A stretch of DNA of 64,000 nt from Ascidiella aspersa (Eukaryota): contig OZ004612.1 of assembly GCA_963924565.1 (NCBI GenBank), positions 7,564,001-7,628,000 of the forward strand. The letters are read 5' to 3'. The position numbers and the translations under genes were made by a program. Within the stretch, counting starts at the first letter, position 1. Each line of letters starts with the position of its first letter. Under the pieces are notes generated by a model, which was not told the DNA's origin, ran no database searches, and was given only the letters and a program-made list of their open reading frames with translations. Positions 50,601 through 63,154 of the stretch are shown here, piece after piece.

Positions 50601-52789
50601 TGTTTGTTGACCGCGAAAAGGTATAAGTATTCTAACGAACGGCCATGTATGTTGGTGGCATTGTGTTAACATTTTACAACGTTATAGATTATACCTTTAA
50701 CTAGAACAAACAAATTTTAACTAGAACCGTCATCGCCTTTTTAACAATAAAACAATCTATTTTACAAATGGCTGTTCATCAATATTTATAACTATACTAA
50801 ATGCTGTGAGCCCTTTCGATAGGAAAGAACCACGTCGCAGAGATAGCGTCACGTAATTACGTCATAACCATAACACCACAAAGTTACATCAAAATGTAAC
50901 GCAATAAAAATGTAACCTTAAGTGCTGCGCATAGTTCGTTTAAGTCTTAGGTTGGATAGGTGTTACTTTCAGAGCAAAAGCTACATTGCATATAATTGCA
51001 CAACCTAAAAGAACTCAGAGTCGACATAATTAATAAAACAATTACACTCTTATGCACCTTTGAACTCGCCCTTTAACAACACGTTATAAAAGATAAATGC
51101 ATTTAACGCCAGACTTAATCGTGATTTTGGTTTCAAGGCGCATCAAGCTATTTAAATATATCCAACCAATAGATGCGCTGGTACCTATGCTCCTGCTTGG
51201 TCAAACCGTATCAGCAAACCTGCGCCTATATGTGAATTGTTGGACCGTATAACTTTCATCGCCTTTCACCCTGTGCGTTTGCGCCTTTACTTTGCTTGTT
51301 TTTCACCGTTTTATTCTTACTCTGACCTGACGATGCACTGTTATGCAAAAGCTCGTTAACATTAAAATTTCAGTTTTTACATATAGGTGTAATCAATATT
51401 TACAAGGGCGAAACAAACACCTTTATGCTAGAACAATGACAAACACAAACTCTGCTATAGTTGATGTTTACATAATTTTATTAGGTCCTTGACGGGAAGA
51501 TGGATTGCACGGACTCATCCGACGAATGTCCGGAGGACTTTGCAGACAAGAGTGCCGTTTCCTCCAAAACCGAAATGATCAAGTCGCCTGTCCTCCGCGG
51601 ATTCGTTTGGCTTATGGCTATTTTGGCTTTCTTCGGAAATGGCGCCGTAATCTTCATGACAACCAGATTCATTCGCCAATCTCGAAAACGGGAGGCATCG
51701 TCTGTTTCGATTATTAACAACATCTTTGTTCTTAATCTCGCGTTTGCCGATTTGCTGATGGGCTGTTGCCTTTTCGGCTTGGGCGCCAAGTCGGCTGAGT
51801 TTTCGGGAAACTATTGCTTGGAAGACTTGGTCTGGCGAGCGAGTTCTTCCTGCAGTGCGCTGGGAGTGAGCATAGTTTTGTCAAGCGAGGCATCCGTCTT
51901 CACACTTATCCTTCTCACGTCTTATCGCCTCTATGGAGTCCTGTGGCCCTTTAAAAGCCGTCAGTTGAGAGTTAGGGTGGCTGCTGGGTGTCTTGCAGCC
52001 ATTTGGGCAGCTGCTTTGTTCATTGCTCTCATGCCCTTGAGCGATATTTTATCAACATATATGGTGACAGACATGCTGATTGCCAAAAGCCCTTACTTCA
52101 AAAAAGGAACAGTGAAACTTTACGAACTGGAGCAGTTTGCATTGCGCTTAAACGCACTTCAGCCTGGAAATGCGACTTCTAATTTACCGCGGGACTGGGG
52201 CGGATTAGTTCGGTTTCTATCGAAAAACTTTCCTAATCAAACCACTGATGTTTTAGGCTTTCACGGTTATTATAGCGCTAACGGCGTCTGTATACCTAAG
52301 ATCTATCGCTTGTCAGGCGACGAGTCAGGTTTCAACATTTTCTCAGCTGTGACAATCACGTTTAGCTTCGTTTCTTTGCTATATATTTTAGTAGCTTATG
52401 TCATTATATACCGAAGATCTACACAGACACCAGACATTCGCTCTGCGGCTGATTCTTCTACTAGAAATGCTACAATGCAACGCAAGATCACTTTTCTTAT
52501 TGCAACCGATATGTGCTGTTGGATGCCCATTTGCATTATGACTTTCCTAAGTATGGGCGGAGTGGTCATGCCCTCCTTCGCTTACGCCTTTTCCGCCGTT
52601 ATCCTGTTGCCAATTAACAGCGCTTTGAATCCAATAATTTACTCCGATACCTTACCGATTGCTTTGGGTTTTTGCCGAGCACAATTATCCAAGTTTCGAA
52701 TGCATACTAAACCCGTTGTTTCTGATGAGCGATCTCAATCGACAAAAGATGAAAATTTGCATTCCCATAAAACGACTTCAGGAGTTTAG
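44641..52789 (+). CDS. Multi-LDLa-domain GPCR (RXFP/GRL101-like 7TM, no LRR), paralogue 1, ~1130 aa; exons 44641-44707, 45272-45421, 46628-46750, 47618-48923, 49555-49657, 49928-50120, 50475-50620, 51485-52789
   Basis: Signal peptide MSLLLVRIAWFLVISIAF, about 15 LDLa-like modules (C..F.C..RC..DG..DC..SDE), and a 7TM with NLAFADLLMG, IATDMCCWMPI and ILLPINSALNPIIY. All splice sites are GT-AG and in phase, and are confirmed by the same exon structure in paralogue 2. Confidence 0.9.
45449..45665. mobile_element. Internal fragment of the MITE family at 4247-4621
   Basis: ACATGCGCATGC..CCAACTGGAAATTGTAAAGGTGGAATAGCAT..TGGATTGCTGAATATC..ACGAAATCGCAC is shared with ~4355-4580. Confidence 0.8.
46763..46885 (+). 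mobile_element. Left-end fragment of the AAGTC-repeat DNA transposon
   Basis: Starts CAGTGTTGTA followed by many AAGTC repeats, 12 nt after the exon-3 donor; absent from paralogue 2. Confidence 0.65.
49000..49427 (+). mobile_element. Right-end fragment of the AAGTC-repeat DNA transposon
   Basis: AAGTC repeats, a 22-bp palindrome TGACTTAAGTGCACTTAAGTCA (49395-49416), and terminus TACAACATTG (inverse of CAGTGTTGTA, 9/10); absent from paralogue 2. Confidence 0.65.
51323..51358 (+). ncRNA. Decayed Penelope-type minimal hammerhead motif (probably inactive)
   Basis: TGAC-CTGACGA-T-GCA-CTGTTA-TGC-AAAA-GCTC-GTTA: stem I TGAC/GTTA, stem II GCA/TGC, palindromic AGCU helix III, but GAAA reads AAAA. 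Confidence 0.45.
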
Positions 52790-53048
52790 ATTATTGTTGC
52801 GCGTTGTGAACGGATTGTGTCGAATCTTTTGTTACCCTATAGATGTGTCGCACTAGCATCATTAATCGTAGCATGTAAGTTTAAGCTGTAATATTTATAT
52901 TTAGAAAACAAAAAAATTATTGCAACTAAATGTCTGTCTTTTGGTATAGAAGCCTTTCTAAGACTACATGTACCTATATAGTTTGTGGTAATATTTATTT
53001 CCTATTTCTTTTCGAAAATAACTTTTATGATTCACGATTGTTTATAAT

Positions 53049-53269
53049 CAGGGGTGAAAGTAAAATAATTTTTTTTTCGTAACGATAATAAATTTTCTTA
53101 CCGCAATAGCTACATGGAAATTTTCAGAGATGAAGTCAGAAAGTTACGTCGTAAAAGGACGTTCTAAAAAACGTAAACTTCTAACACCTGAGGTTTATGT
53201 TCGATGCAGTGCACGAATATGCAAGGAAGAAACGGCGTCCGGATAGTTACGGCTTACTTTTACCAGTTG
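53049..53269. mobile_element. Degenerate hAT-like MITE, duplicated at ~63780-64000
   Basis: Ends CAGGGGTGAAAGTAA / TTACTTTTACCAGTTG; related end CAGTGGTGAAAGTAAGCCG at ~47080. Confidence 0.5.
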
Positions 53270-54413
53270 CTGTAATACACATTAAAATGTTTACTGCATA
53301 TTGAGTTACTATTAAGTCACCATACGATGTGTAAACTTATCAGACAGTTTTAAACACAAGTGTAAAATGAGACGTTATAAACAGCCAAACTGAGGAAGCT
53401 TTCGACTAGTACATATCAATATAGGAGTGTGGAAGATATGAAAGAATTTAACAATTACAAAGAACAAAAAGCAAATCAGTACTTATACACTGTACATAGA
53501 AAATGTTTAGTAATATTCACTCATAAACGAGCGCATTCGACTCCGAAATATACAGAACGTCGACTGCTATTTATAACGATTTTTACTTGCCCTTATATAG
53601 CTTACATCGGCCAGATGTTGGTAGTTAAGCTTTTGTGACATACGATCAGTAAAGTGACTTGAAATCACGCATCCAACACACGAAATAACAACACAGAAAA
53701 TTCTGGACATTTATCAAAACGCGGCCAGGAGTGTTTGGCGTGACCGCTGCCTAATCCTAACAAAATTTCCCGCAACCACTATACAACAGTGACAAATCCT
53801 GCGATGTCTCATTGCAAAGTATAACACATAAAGGATAACAATAAAACGCAAAGTGGCATCTGTTTCGGCTTTTACAACATCATAATATCTTACCTCCCAA
53901 GACGAGTGAATCTGAATGACGATAATTATGTTTTTCATGTCAACGCCTAAAATATGTCATTTAACTTAATCAAGACCATTTACCATGATAATTTTGTAGT
54001 TTATAAGGTAATATGAATAGTGAACTTTTTCACCGCCAACGATGCCTCACTCACGCCTTATATAGTACATTGCTGACTTTTTTTAACTCAATTCGATATT
54101 CCACACAAACTCAAATATAAGTGCACAGTGCTTTATACTATAACGGCACAGTGCTTTATATTGGTTAATTGTTGTTTTGTTATAAAGTCTGTTTGAAATT
54201 ATGTAATGTAGAACGACCATGGTCTAATACTCTAATAGGACGTTTATATCAATACGCCATAAGCTACAGTGGTGTTGATTTTTTACTTATATTTTTTTCC
54301 ATCTGCTTCGCACGGGCGACCTTACAAGACTTTACTTCTTTTTACGTTTAGTTTATTATAAGAAATTTGAATCAATTTTCGGACTATATTATATTACATG
54401 ATAGAGACTTAAG

Positions 54414-54573
54414 ATGGCGCCAGTAAAAGGAAGTATTGCGTCATGCCGTCCAATTTACGAAATGAAAAATAAGGCCGTTGAATGATCCACGCTTAACTTT
54501 CCGGTAAACACCCATAGATACGTGCAATTGTGCTTGGTGCAGCTAACCACTAACGTCACGTTTCTATGCGTCA
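54414..54573 (+). promoter_or_regulatory. Conserved upstream block of GPCR paralogue 2
   Basis: Aligns with 44162-44332 at a similar distance from the ATG. Confidence 0.6.
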
Positions 54574-54855
54574 CCGTGCAACTCGAAACCACAAGTTTAT
54601 GTTTTCAAAGTTGCCAGCCTATATTCAAACTTAGCCATATAGTGAGTAGCTTTAAACGATTTAGTTTTTTATACCTTATGCCGCAGCAAATTACGAAGAA
54701 TATGTTTTCGTTCATGAGTTTAGTTCAATTAAATATGGTTTCCTGTTTCAGCGTGACTAGTCTACCAAGGTTAAAATAAATAATAATAACACGAATCAAA
54801 GTACAAGAAAAAACGATCAATATTTTAGCTTTCACCAACAGGCCTATTATACAAC

Positions 54856-57800
54856 ATGCTCGATTTTCTTTATTCAATTATCTGCTTCCTGGTAATCTCA
54901 ACTAAATTCAAAACTGTTTTCGGTAAGTAGATTTTTGTTGGTCCATGATTGGATTTTGAGCTACTAGTCTCTTTAAGCCCAGCCAATATAGCAACACCAT
55001 AATTGCTGTCGTGTATAATAATTGGTTAATGTTAAAAATAAGTTTTAAAGTTTATACTTGTATATTACAAATTCCAGTTGAGAGCCACTACTTGGCGATC
55101 CGAAGACGTGATTCCTCCTGTCGGACGGAGGATGGATTTTTCCTGTGCGACAATTTGCAGTGCGTGCAAAGACAGGATGTCCTCGACTCCACAATCGACT
55201 GCGCAGATGGGAGTGACCAGCGCTCACGTATGCCACATATTATTATCTTAGCAAGACTTGATATACAATGAGCAGTTTAGACTTTTGATTTTACCATGAA
55301 TCCAACACAAGCCAAAAAGCTTTAAAAATAAATTATATATGTCCACCAGAAAAGAGCCCAGGATTTTCGTTTAGGGGAGCCGGGAAATTTTTCAGGAATG
55401 ACATCACAAAGTTAAATTTTGTGAGGCCCGCGAATCGTTTTAAATTTTGGGCAAGAACTCGAATTATCTTCCGCATTCCATCCTTTTTAACACCATTGTC
55501 TTGTGCTATTGCTAATTAACTGTCATTAAACCTAAATATCATATTTAAAATTAGCCAGCTTGCCTGTTTAAAAATGAAAGATTTTGTCTAAGTAAGTTGT
55601 GTCACACATGCAACCTATACTCACGTTTTGCAGCTGAGGCGCATACAACGTTTGAATATTTAAAATTCTTGCTTAACTGGGTGGATATACTGATCTTTTG
55701 AACACTTTTTTATGGTTTTAAAATCAAGAAAAAAACAACGATTATTGGTGCCTTTGTCGCAAATTACAGTCGTTACATTTGCAACGTTTTCCGGATTCGT
55801 GGCACTTTCTGAGCTAGAAAACATTTCTGTGGGCGCCCATACCACTCTATCACTATATATTTATGAATGCTGCTAAAAGTTAGTGTGTGTATCTACAAGT
55901 AAATCAGCGCAGGTGTGCCACCAGCAAACGAAAAGAAATACTGTTAACAGCTTAGTGCAGATACATTAAATAGGCCTATATTGATCATTTTAAAACGTTT
56001 TTGTTTCTTAGGTTTGTTGTTGCGGCCCACAGACGTAATCGAAATATGTCACAGGGTTCTCAGTAAGACTTGAGTTTGTCACCCTGTAATAGTGCTAATC
56101 CCGGGGTTTACTAAGAAATGAGAAAACATAGCATTTATTTTTAATAATGTTTAATTTTCAAACTTCCTTTGGGAAACCGTAGAGTAAAATGTGCCCTTAA
56201 TGTGTTTGGATACCTTAACTCAAATCATGAAGTTGTGCGCATAGAAACGCATGGTCCGCTTTAACTAAAGGCAACGAATTTACCTTCCAGCAATAAATTG
56301 CACGGACGACGAATTCCCTTGCCGATCGACCTTCCGTTGCGTTCCGAGGCAGTTTGCGGTGGACGGATGTGTTCGTAAAAGAAACGTGATACTCGGGTGC
56401 AGAGAAGATAAAGGTTAGATACGTCGCATATATGACATAAGGTTTTAAATATATTTTCTTAATTGGAGTTAGAATATAGTTGCTTTCTCATGTTTTCTTT
56501 ATGTCGTGAGGGCAAGGCGTAGTGAAGAAAATGTTGAACAACGTTTTTACAAATCCGAAAATCATAACTTTTGTGATATTGCCTTCATAAATTGGTGCCG
56601 CAGAATTCACTTGCCGCAAGACTCGCCGCTGCATCCCGAGGTGGATGGTGATGGACGGAGAGAGAGATTGCGACACTTTGTCGCACAACGATACAAGTGA
56701 CGAGGAGCGCGGGTTCGAATCCTGCACGAGCTCGGAGGTGCGCTGTCATCTTCCCATAGGAATAAGCTTAAAGAAGGCGCGCTGCATTCCGCGGGCGTGG
56801 GTTCGCGATAACATTACCGATTGTACAGGAACGGGAAGTGACGAAGTGGCGCCGTTGAGCTCCTGTAATAATGTAACCGAGTTTCGCTGCAAAGATAGCG
56901 GCAGATGCGTGCGGCGGTATAGGGTAAGAGACGGATACTCGGATTGTGGCGACTCTTCCGACGAGCTTGAGCAACCCGTATGCAACAGAGACGAGTTTCA
57001 TTGTGTCGATAGCGGAAGATGCATTCCCGATACCTGGATTGGGAACAAAGTAAGCGATTGTCCAGACGGGAGCGATGAAAAGGTGATTATGCAACCAACA
57101 AACTGTTCGGCAAACCAATTCTTATGCGCCTCATCGCGTCGCTGTATCCCACTTGAATATTTATGCGACGGAATCGACAACTGCGGGGATTGTAGCGACG
57201 AGATCGAGAGTTGCAAAGAGCAAGGTCCGAAGATGTTTCGCTGCCCGAACCAACCAAGCACTTGCCTGTCTTGGCAGTATTCCTGCGACGCGTTAACCGA
57301 CTGCCCGAATGGCGCCGACGACATCACGTGGATTCCAGGCTTTAAGTGCCAAAAACTAGTTTTAAACTCGCCTACCGGCAAGAAGTACTGCTCAGTGCCT
57401 CAGTGGGCTTTACACGACCAGTTGCCTTGGTGCGACGACGGATCTGATATTTGCTTCGATGACAGAGGCGATTTTCTGTGCTCAATGTGCTTGGACGGCA
57501 AGACCATCATAGCCAAGAGGCAGTTGTGTGATGGGATAATTGACTGTCCAGATCTTTCAGACGAGTGCCTTTGTTCGAATAGTTTTAATACGACTGTCCT
57601 TACTGAGGTCTGCTCGAACGTGTGTTACAATACGGACCTACAGGGTGCTGCGTGTCGCAACTGCAGCGTTGGGCATTTCAAGTGCGATTCAAACTGTTTG
57701 GCAAAGGATAAATTGTGCGACGGCCTTTCGGATTGCCATAAATCGAAAATAGACGAATTGTATTGCGGTAGAGAAAAGGAGAATACCACTGCCAAAAAAC

Positions 57801-60800
57801 GAAAGCGTTTTGTTTGCGACCCCGTTAGTTCCCTTCACCGTACCTTGGCGGGTATTCTCAAGCTCACAGCAGAAGCGATTGTCCACGACGCTGTTGGGTA
57901 ATTTTAACTTTAAACTACAAATTCTTACTCAAACAATAATCTGTGAAGCAAAAACAGCAGCATGAATATTTTCTAATATTTTGGGTTGCCGTTTTCGTTT
58001 TAAGGAATAGCTATTTTTAATCTAGATGCGATGGAAAAGTGGAATGTCTGTATTTTGAAGACGAATGCTCCCCGCGAGCAAATTGTAGCACAAGGCTCAA
58101 AGTTTGCGACAGCATTCCACTAAAAAAAGTGAGTTTTTTTTATATTTAAAGAGCATAACTTTGTTTTGTGGAAAGTTAATAGAGACTATTACTATAATAG
58201 TGGGTAGTGAACCTATCATTAACGGATTAAAGAAAGTTTAAAACCACTCATGATGCAAAGAATAAAAGTAGGTTATAGGTGTTGTACAACACAAAAGCCT
58301 GGAACGCTTTTTTTCACCAGATAGTAATTCCCACGCTATGGACAAGGTTGTACAACGCGACAGGCAAGGAAATGAACCGTTTGTGCGGTGGTTTCCTGGA
58401 ATACGTGATTGGATCTTCGATTTGCAATGGTGTTCAGGAATGTAGCGAAAAGGAAGACGAGACCGATTGCGATCGTTTCTACTGCGACGCGGGAAAAGTG
58501 CCGTGGATCTCAGGTGAAAGCACATAAAAGCACACGACACGAAAGGGAATTACGTTCCATTTTAGTTGGATTACAAAAGTTCCAGCTTCACTGTTGGCTG
58601 TTGATTAGCAAAACCTGCCCCATGCAAGGTCATTAGGTTACCCCGGGTCATTGTCCTCACCTGGTCTCCAGGTTACCCCAGGTCATTGACCTCATCTGTT
58701 CTTCAGGAAGTGCAAATCCACCGCGAGAAATCGCAAATGCCAATATATCCACATATTTCGAGTATTTCAAACCCAAAGGCGAAAACTCAGATTGTATTCA
58801 ACTTAGGGTATTTGGGGTCACACTGAACAAACTCTTGGCACAAAATGGATTGTAACAGACCGACATAAAATGAGAAACACAACACACACTAGACACAGAT
58901 AAATAAATATTTATTTAGGACCAAGGCCGAAGATTAGTATTCCTTGGTTGGAACGTTGCAATGGAGAGTTCGACTGCAAGGACAAAACGGACGAAATGAA
59001 CTGCAACAAATCCACACATTTCTATTGCAAAAACAGAGAGCCTCTGTTTGTTGATCGCGAAAAGGTACGAGTATCATAACGAACGGCCATAGGTTGGTGG
59101 CATTGTGTTTATAGTTCTCAAAGTTATAGTTAATACCTTCAACAAACAATTTTTAAGTAAAACCGTCATCGCCTTTTTATAAATAAAATAATTGAATTTA
59201 CAAATGGCTGTTCATCAATATTTATAACTATACTAAATGATGTGAGCCCTTTCGATAGGAAAGAACCACGTCGCAGAGATAGCGTCACGAAATTACGTCA
59301 TAACCATAACACCACAAAGTTACATAAAAACGTAAAACGCCATAAAGATGTAACCTTAAGTGCTCCAGACAGTTGGTTTAAGTCTTAGGTTGGTGAGATG
59401 TTACTTTCAAAGCCAAAGCTACATTACATATAAGCGCACAACCTAAAAGACCTCAGAGTCGACTTAATTAAAAACAATTACACTATTACGCACCTTTGAG
59501 AGGATCGCCCTTTAGCAAAACGTTACAAAAGATAAATGTGTTAACGTCGGACTTAATCGTGATTTTGGTTTCATGGTGATTTTGGTTTCAAGCCTTTTAA
59601 CATGTAGCTGTAACGCGAACTTTGGTCCGGGGCCAAAACTTATCCGGTCGGATCAATTATGGCGTTGGAACAGCCGCTAAAACAGGTCCGGCTAGGCCTA
59701 AACTGGTCCGGCATAACCCTAACCCTAACCCTAACCCTGACCCTAGCCAGACCTGTTTTTGCGGCTGTTTCAACGCCAAAATCGATACGACCGGACCAGT
59801 TTTGGCCGGACCAATTTGGGCGTGACATAGCCATATATCCCATTAAGAGATGCGATGCTACCTATGTTTTTGCGGGGGTCCACGCATCAGCAAACCTGCG
59901 CCTATATGTGAATTGTTTGACCGAATATGTTTTATCGCATTTTACTCTGTGCGTTTGCACATTTTCACCGTTTATTCTTACACTGACCTGATGATGCACT
60001 ATTGTACAAAAGCTCATTAACACTAAATACAAATTTTCAAAAGTGCCATTTGTTTTCAGTTTTAACATATATTTGTTATCAATTCCTGTAAAGCAATAAA
60101 GGCTATTATATCTTTCATCTTGCAGGTTGCCAACAACTTCATTTACATCGGTGAAACAAACACCTTTAAGCTAAAACAATGACAAACCCAAACTCTGCTA
60201 GGTGATGTTTTTTTTTAATTTTCTTAGGTTCTTGACGGGAAGATCGATTGCACGGACTCATCCGACGAATGTCCGGAGGACTTTGCCGACACGAGCGCCG
60301 TTTCCTCCAAGACCGAGATGATCAAGTCGCCCGTCCTCCGCGGCTTCGTTTGGCTCATGGCTATTTTAGCATTCTTCGGAAATGTCGCCGTGATCTTCAA
60401 GACGGTCAGGTTCATTTTCCATTCTCGAAATCGGGAGGCATCGTCTATTTCGATTATTAACAACATCTTTGTTCTTAACCTCGCCTTTGCCGATTTACTG
60501 ATGGGCTGTTGCCTTTTCGGCTTGGGCGCCAAGTCGGCTGAATTTTCGGGAAACTATTGCTTGGAAGACTTGGTCTGGCGAGCGAGTTCTTCTTGCAGTG
60601 GGCTGGGAGTGAGCATAGTTTTGTCAAGCGAGGCATCCGTCTTCACACTTATCCTTCTAACGTCTTATCGCCTCTACGGAGTCCTGTTGCCCTTCAAAAG
60701 TCGTCAGTTGAGAGTTAGGGTGGCTGTTGGGTATCTTGCAGCTATTTGGGCAGTTGCTTTGTTTATTGCTCTCATGCCCTTGAGCGATATTTTATCAACG

Positions 60801-61532
60801 TATATGGTGACAGACATGCTGATTGCCAAAAGCCCTTACTTCAAAAAAGGAACAGTGAAACTTTACGAACTGGAGCAATTTGCATTGCGCTTAAACGCAC
60901 TTCAACCTGAAAATGCGACTTCTAATTTACCGCTGGACTGGGGCGAGTTGGTTCAGTTCCTGTCGAAAAACTTTCCTAATCAAACCACTGATGTTTTAGG
61001 CTTTCACGGGTATTACAGCGCTAACGGCGTCTGTATACCTAAGATTTATCGCTTGTCAGGTGACGAGTCAGGTTTCAACATTTACTCCGCTGTGACAATC
61101 ACGTTTAGCTTCGTTTCTTTGCTATATATTTTAGTAGCTTATGTCATTATATACCGAAGATCTGCACAGAAACCAAACATTCGTTCAGCTTCGGCTTCTA
61201 CAGCTAGAAATGCTGGAATACAACGCAAGATCACTTTCCTTATAGCAACCGATATGTGCTGTTGGATGCCCATCTGCATTATGACTTTTCTAAGTATGGG
61301 CGGAGTGGTCATGCCCTCCTTCGCTTACGCTTTTTCCGCCGTTATCCTGTTGCCAATTAACAGCGCTTTGAATCCAATAATTTACTCCGATACCTTACCG
61401 ACCGCTTTAGGTTTTTGTCGAACGCATCTTTCAAAGTTCCGCACCAAGACTAAACCCGTTGTTTCTGAGCAGCGATCTCAATCAACAAAAGAAGGCAACT
61501 TGCCTTCCCCTTACACGACTTCAGGACTATAG
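54856..61532 (+). CDS. Multi-LDLa-domain GPCR, paralogue 2, ~1126 aa; exons 54856-54922, 55078-55227, 56291-56413, 56604-57897, 58026-58128, 58321-58513, 58919-59064, 60228-61532
   Basis: Same 8-exon structure and phases as paralogue 1, signal peptide MLDFLYSIICFLVIS, intact reading frame, high protein similarity. Confidence 0.9.
58635..58707. repeat. 35-bp tandem duplication in intron 6 of paralogue 2
   Basis: AGGTTACCCC(G/A)GGTCATTG(T/A)CCTCA(C/T)CTG... starts at 58635 and 58670. Confidence 0.8.
59609..59827. mobile_element. Foldback MITE with TGT...ACA ends, 4-bp TSD and central (TAACCC)n; Ginger-like
   Basis: About 85-bp imperfect inverted arms, TSD TAGC (59605-59608 / 59828-59831), TAACCC x4 at ~59714-59743; absent from the homologous intron of paralogue 1. 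Confidence 0.8.
59984..60019 (+). ncRNA. Paralogous, more decayed hammerhead-like motif
   Basis: TGAC-CTGATGA-T-GCACTATTGTAC-AAAA-GCTC-ATTA, homologous to 51323-51358. Confidence 0.3.
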
Positions 61533-61982
61533 ATTTTTACACACGCTGTGCAGTATAGAAGTTTGTTCAAGTTTTGAACTTTTGACTACACGTTAAGGTT
61601 GTGATGCTGTAGCGTCTTTTGTTTAATGCAAGTTCAAATGTTGTATTTATTATTCCAGTAGAAAAAAACATTTTTGTTATTTTTTGTCTTATGTTAAATT
61701 CTGTTTGTAGACTGCACACTCATAGGGTTGTCTTGTGACTATTTACTTCATTTTTTTTCTGTTATTCTAAATTTAATTTATGAGATTATGAGGGTATAGG
61801 CTATAAACATTCCGAAACAGACAACGGACTGAACGATCGTATTATTGGTTGTAAATAGCACGGTTATGTATTCGGTGTTAAGGCGTTTTTGTAATAAAAT
61901 AATAAATTGTACAAATGACGTATTTAATGTGCAGCTAATTCATTACCATATAGCGAGCACACCATAACGTCATATGTTAAAC

Positions 61983-62708
61983 CAGGGTTCGGCAACCTAC
62001 GGCCCGCTGATATAATTCATCCGGCCCGCCGCCTGTTTGACAAATTAGACACGAGTCCATTTAACATACTTTTTGACTATTTTACCTAAGGCTACCTATT
62101 TGACTATTTAAGGCTACCTATTCTCGCGCTTTGCGCGTATGATCTTTTTACATCCGGTTTGTACCTTTTTATGCTGTCTTTTTAACTAAATCAGCGATTC
62201 TTTATAGTTGCGCCGTGCAAGACTGCCTATAGTGCGTCGCGGAAAAGTGGAAAACGTATTTAAAAATATTGCACATATTTTTTAACCATTTTTTTTATTT
62301 TTATTTTCGGCAATGTAATAAAACTTGCAAGAAAATGAAAAGAAATGCCGGTTTACCAAAAAATCGCGCTCGGTTCGCTCGCCAGGTGCGCTCGAACTTA
62401 AAAATAGTTAACCAACAATTACTTCAATTAACTTTAAATGTTATCGCGTTCTCCTTAAAGTAGTCTTATTACACTTTTTATTAATAGTATGTATAACGTG
62501 TGAACCTCGAATTTTGCGGCCACACTTTACTGCCTCTTTAAACGTTATTATACACGTCTGAAAGTGCAAAAAAGATCCGAGGCCCGCCTGATGCACTGCT
62601 GTTTTAACATTTTAATACCACAATTCTTAGTTAACATTTTGTGCGGTCCACAGCACCCTTTCTGAGTTTGGTTTTGACCCACGACTAGAAAAAGGTTGCC
62701 GACCCTTG
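61983..62708. mobile_element. hAT (Charlie-like) non-autonomous element
   Basis: TIRs CAGGGTTCGGCAACCT / AGGTTGCCGACCCTTG, GGCCCGC subterminal repeats, degenerate 8-bp TSD TGTTAAAC/TATTGAAC. Confidence 0.8.
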
Positions 62709-63154
62709 TATTGAACCTTACTGGGACAAACAAATGACAGACATATAGGTTTGCAGTTTTTAATTGCACCGTTTTGCCTGTACGGTTGAATGGTCAAACG
62801 GTAAAACTTCCGGCTTATTAACCAATTAACGGAAGTAAGAAAAACCTTTAATGGCTAATAGCAACTTGACAGAAGAATTTAAATTAAACTAGCATCATGT
62901 TTTAGTGAAACTCGGACAGAATTTCTTATGTTTTTTTTTAGGAAACAGAAGATAACTGGAAATAAGCCACGTCGACATGGCACCCAATCTGCATTTTTGC
63001 TTATATTCCAATGCAAACATCTTTCTCCCTCCGTCATCTAAAATAGTTTTTGCCAGCTTTAAACAATATAAAGGCGTTTCTTTGACTTTGTGTAAATCGA
63101 TAAAATCTTTGTGATATATCTTTTGTATTGAAAGTAACACATTTCCAACCTTAC

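Noticed and set aside
59714-59743. Telomere or chromosome-fusion site
   Set aside because: Only four to five units, and they lie at the centre of a TSD-flanked MITE.
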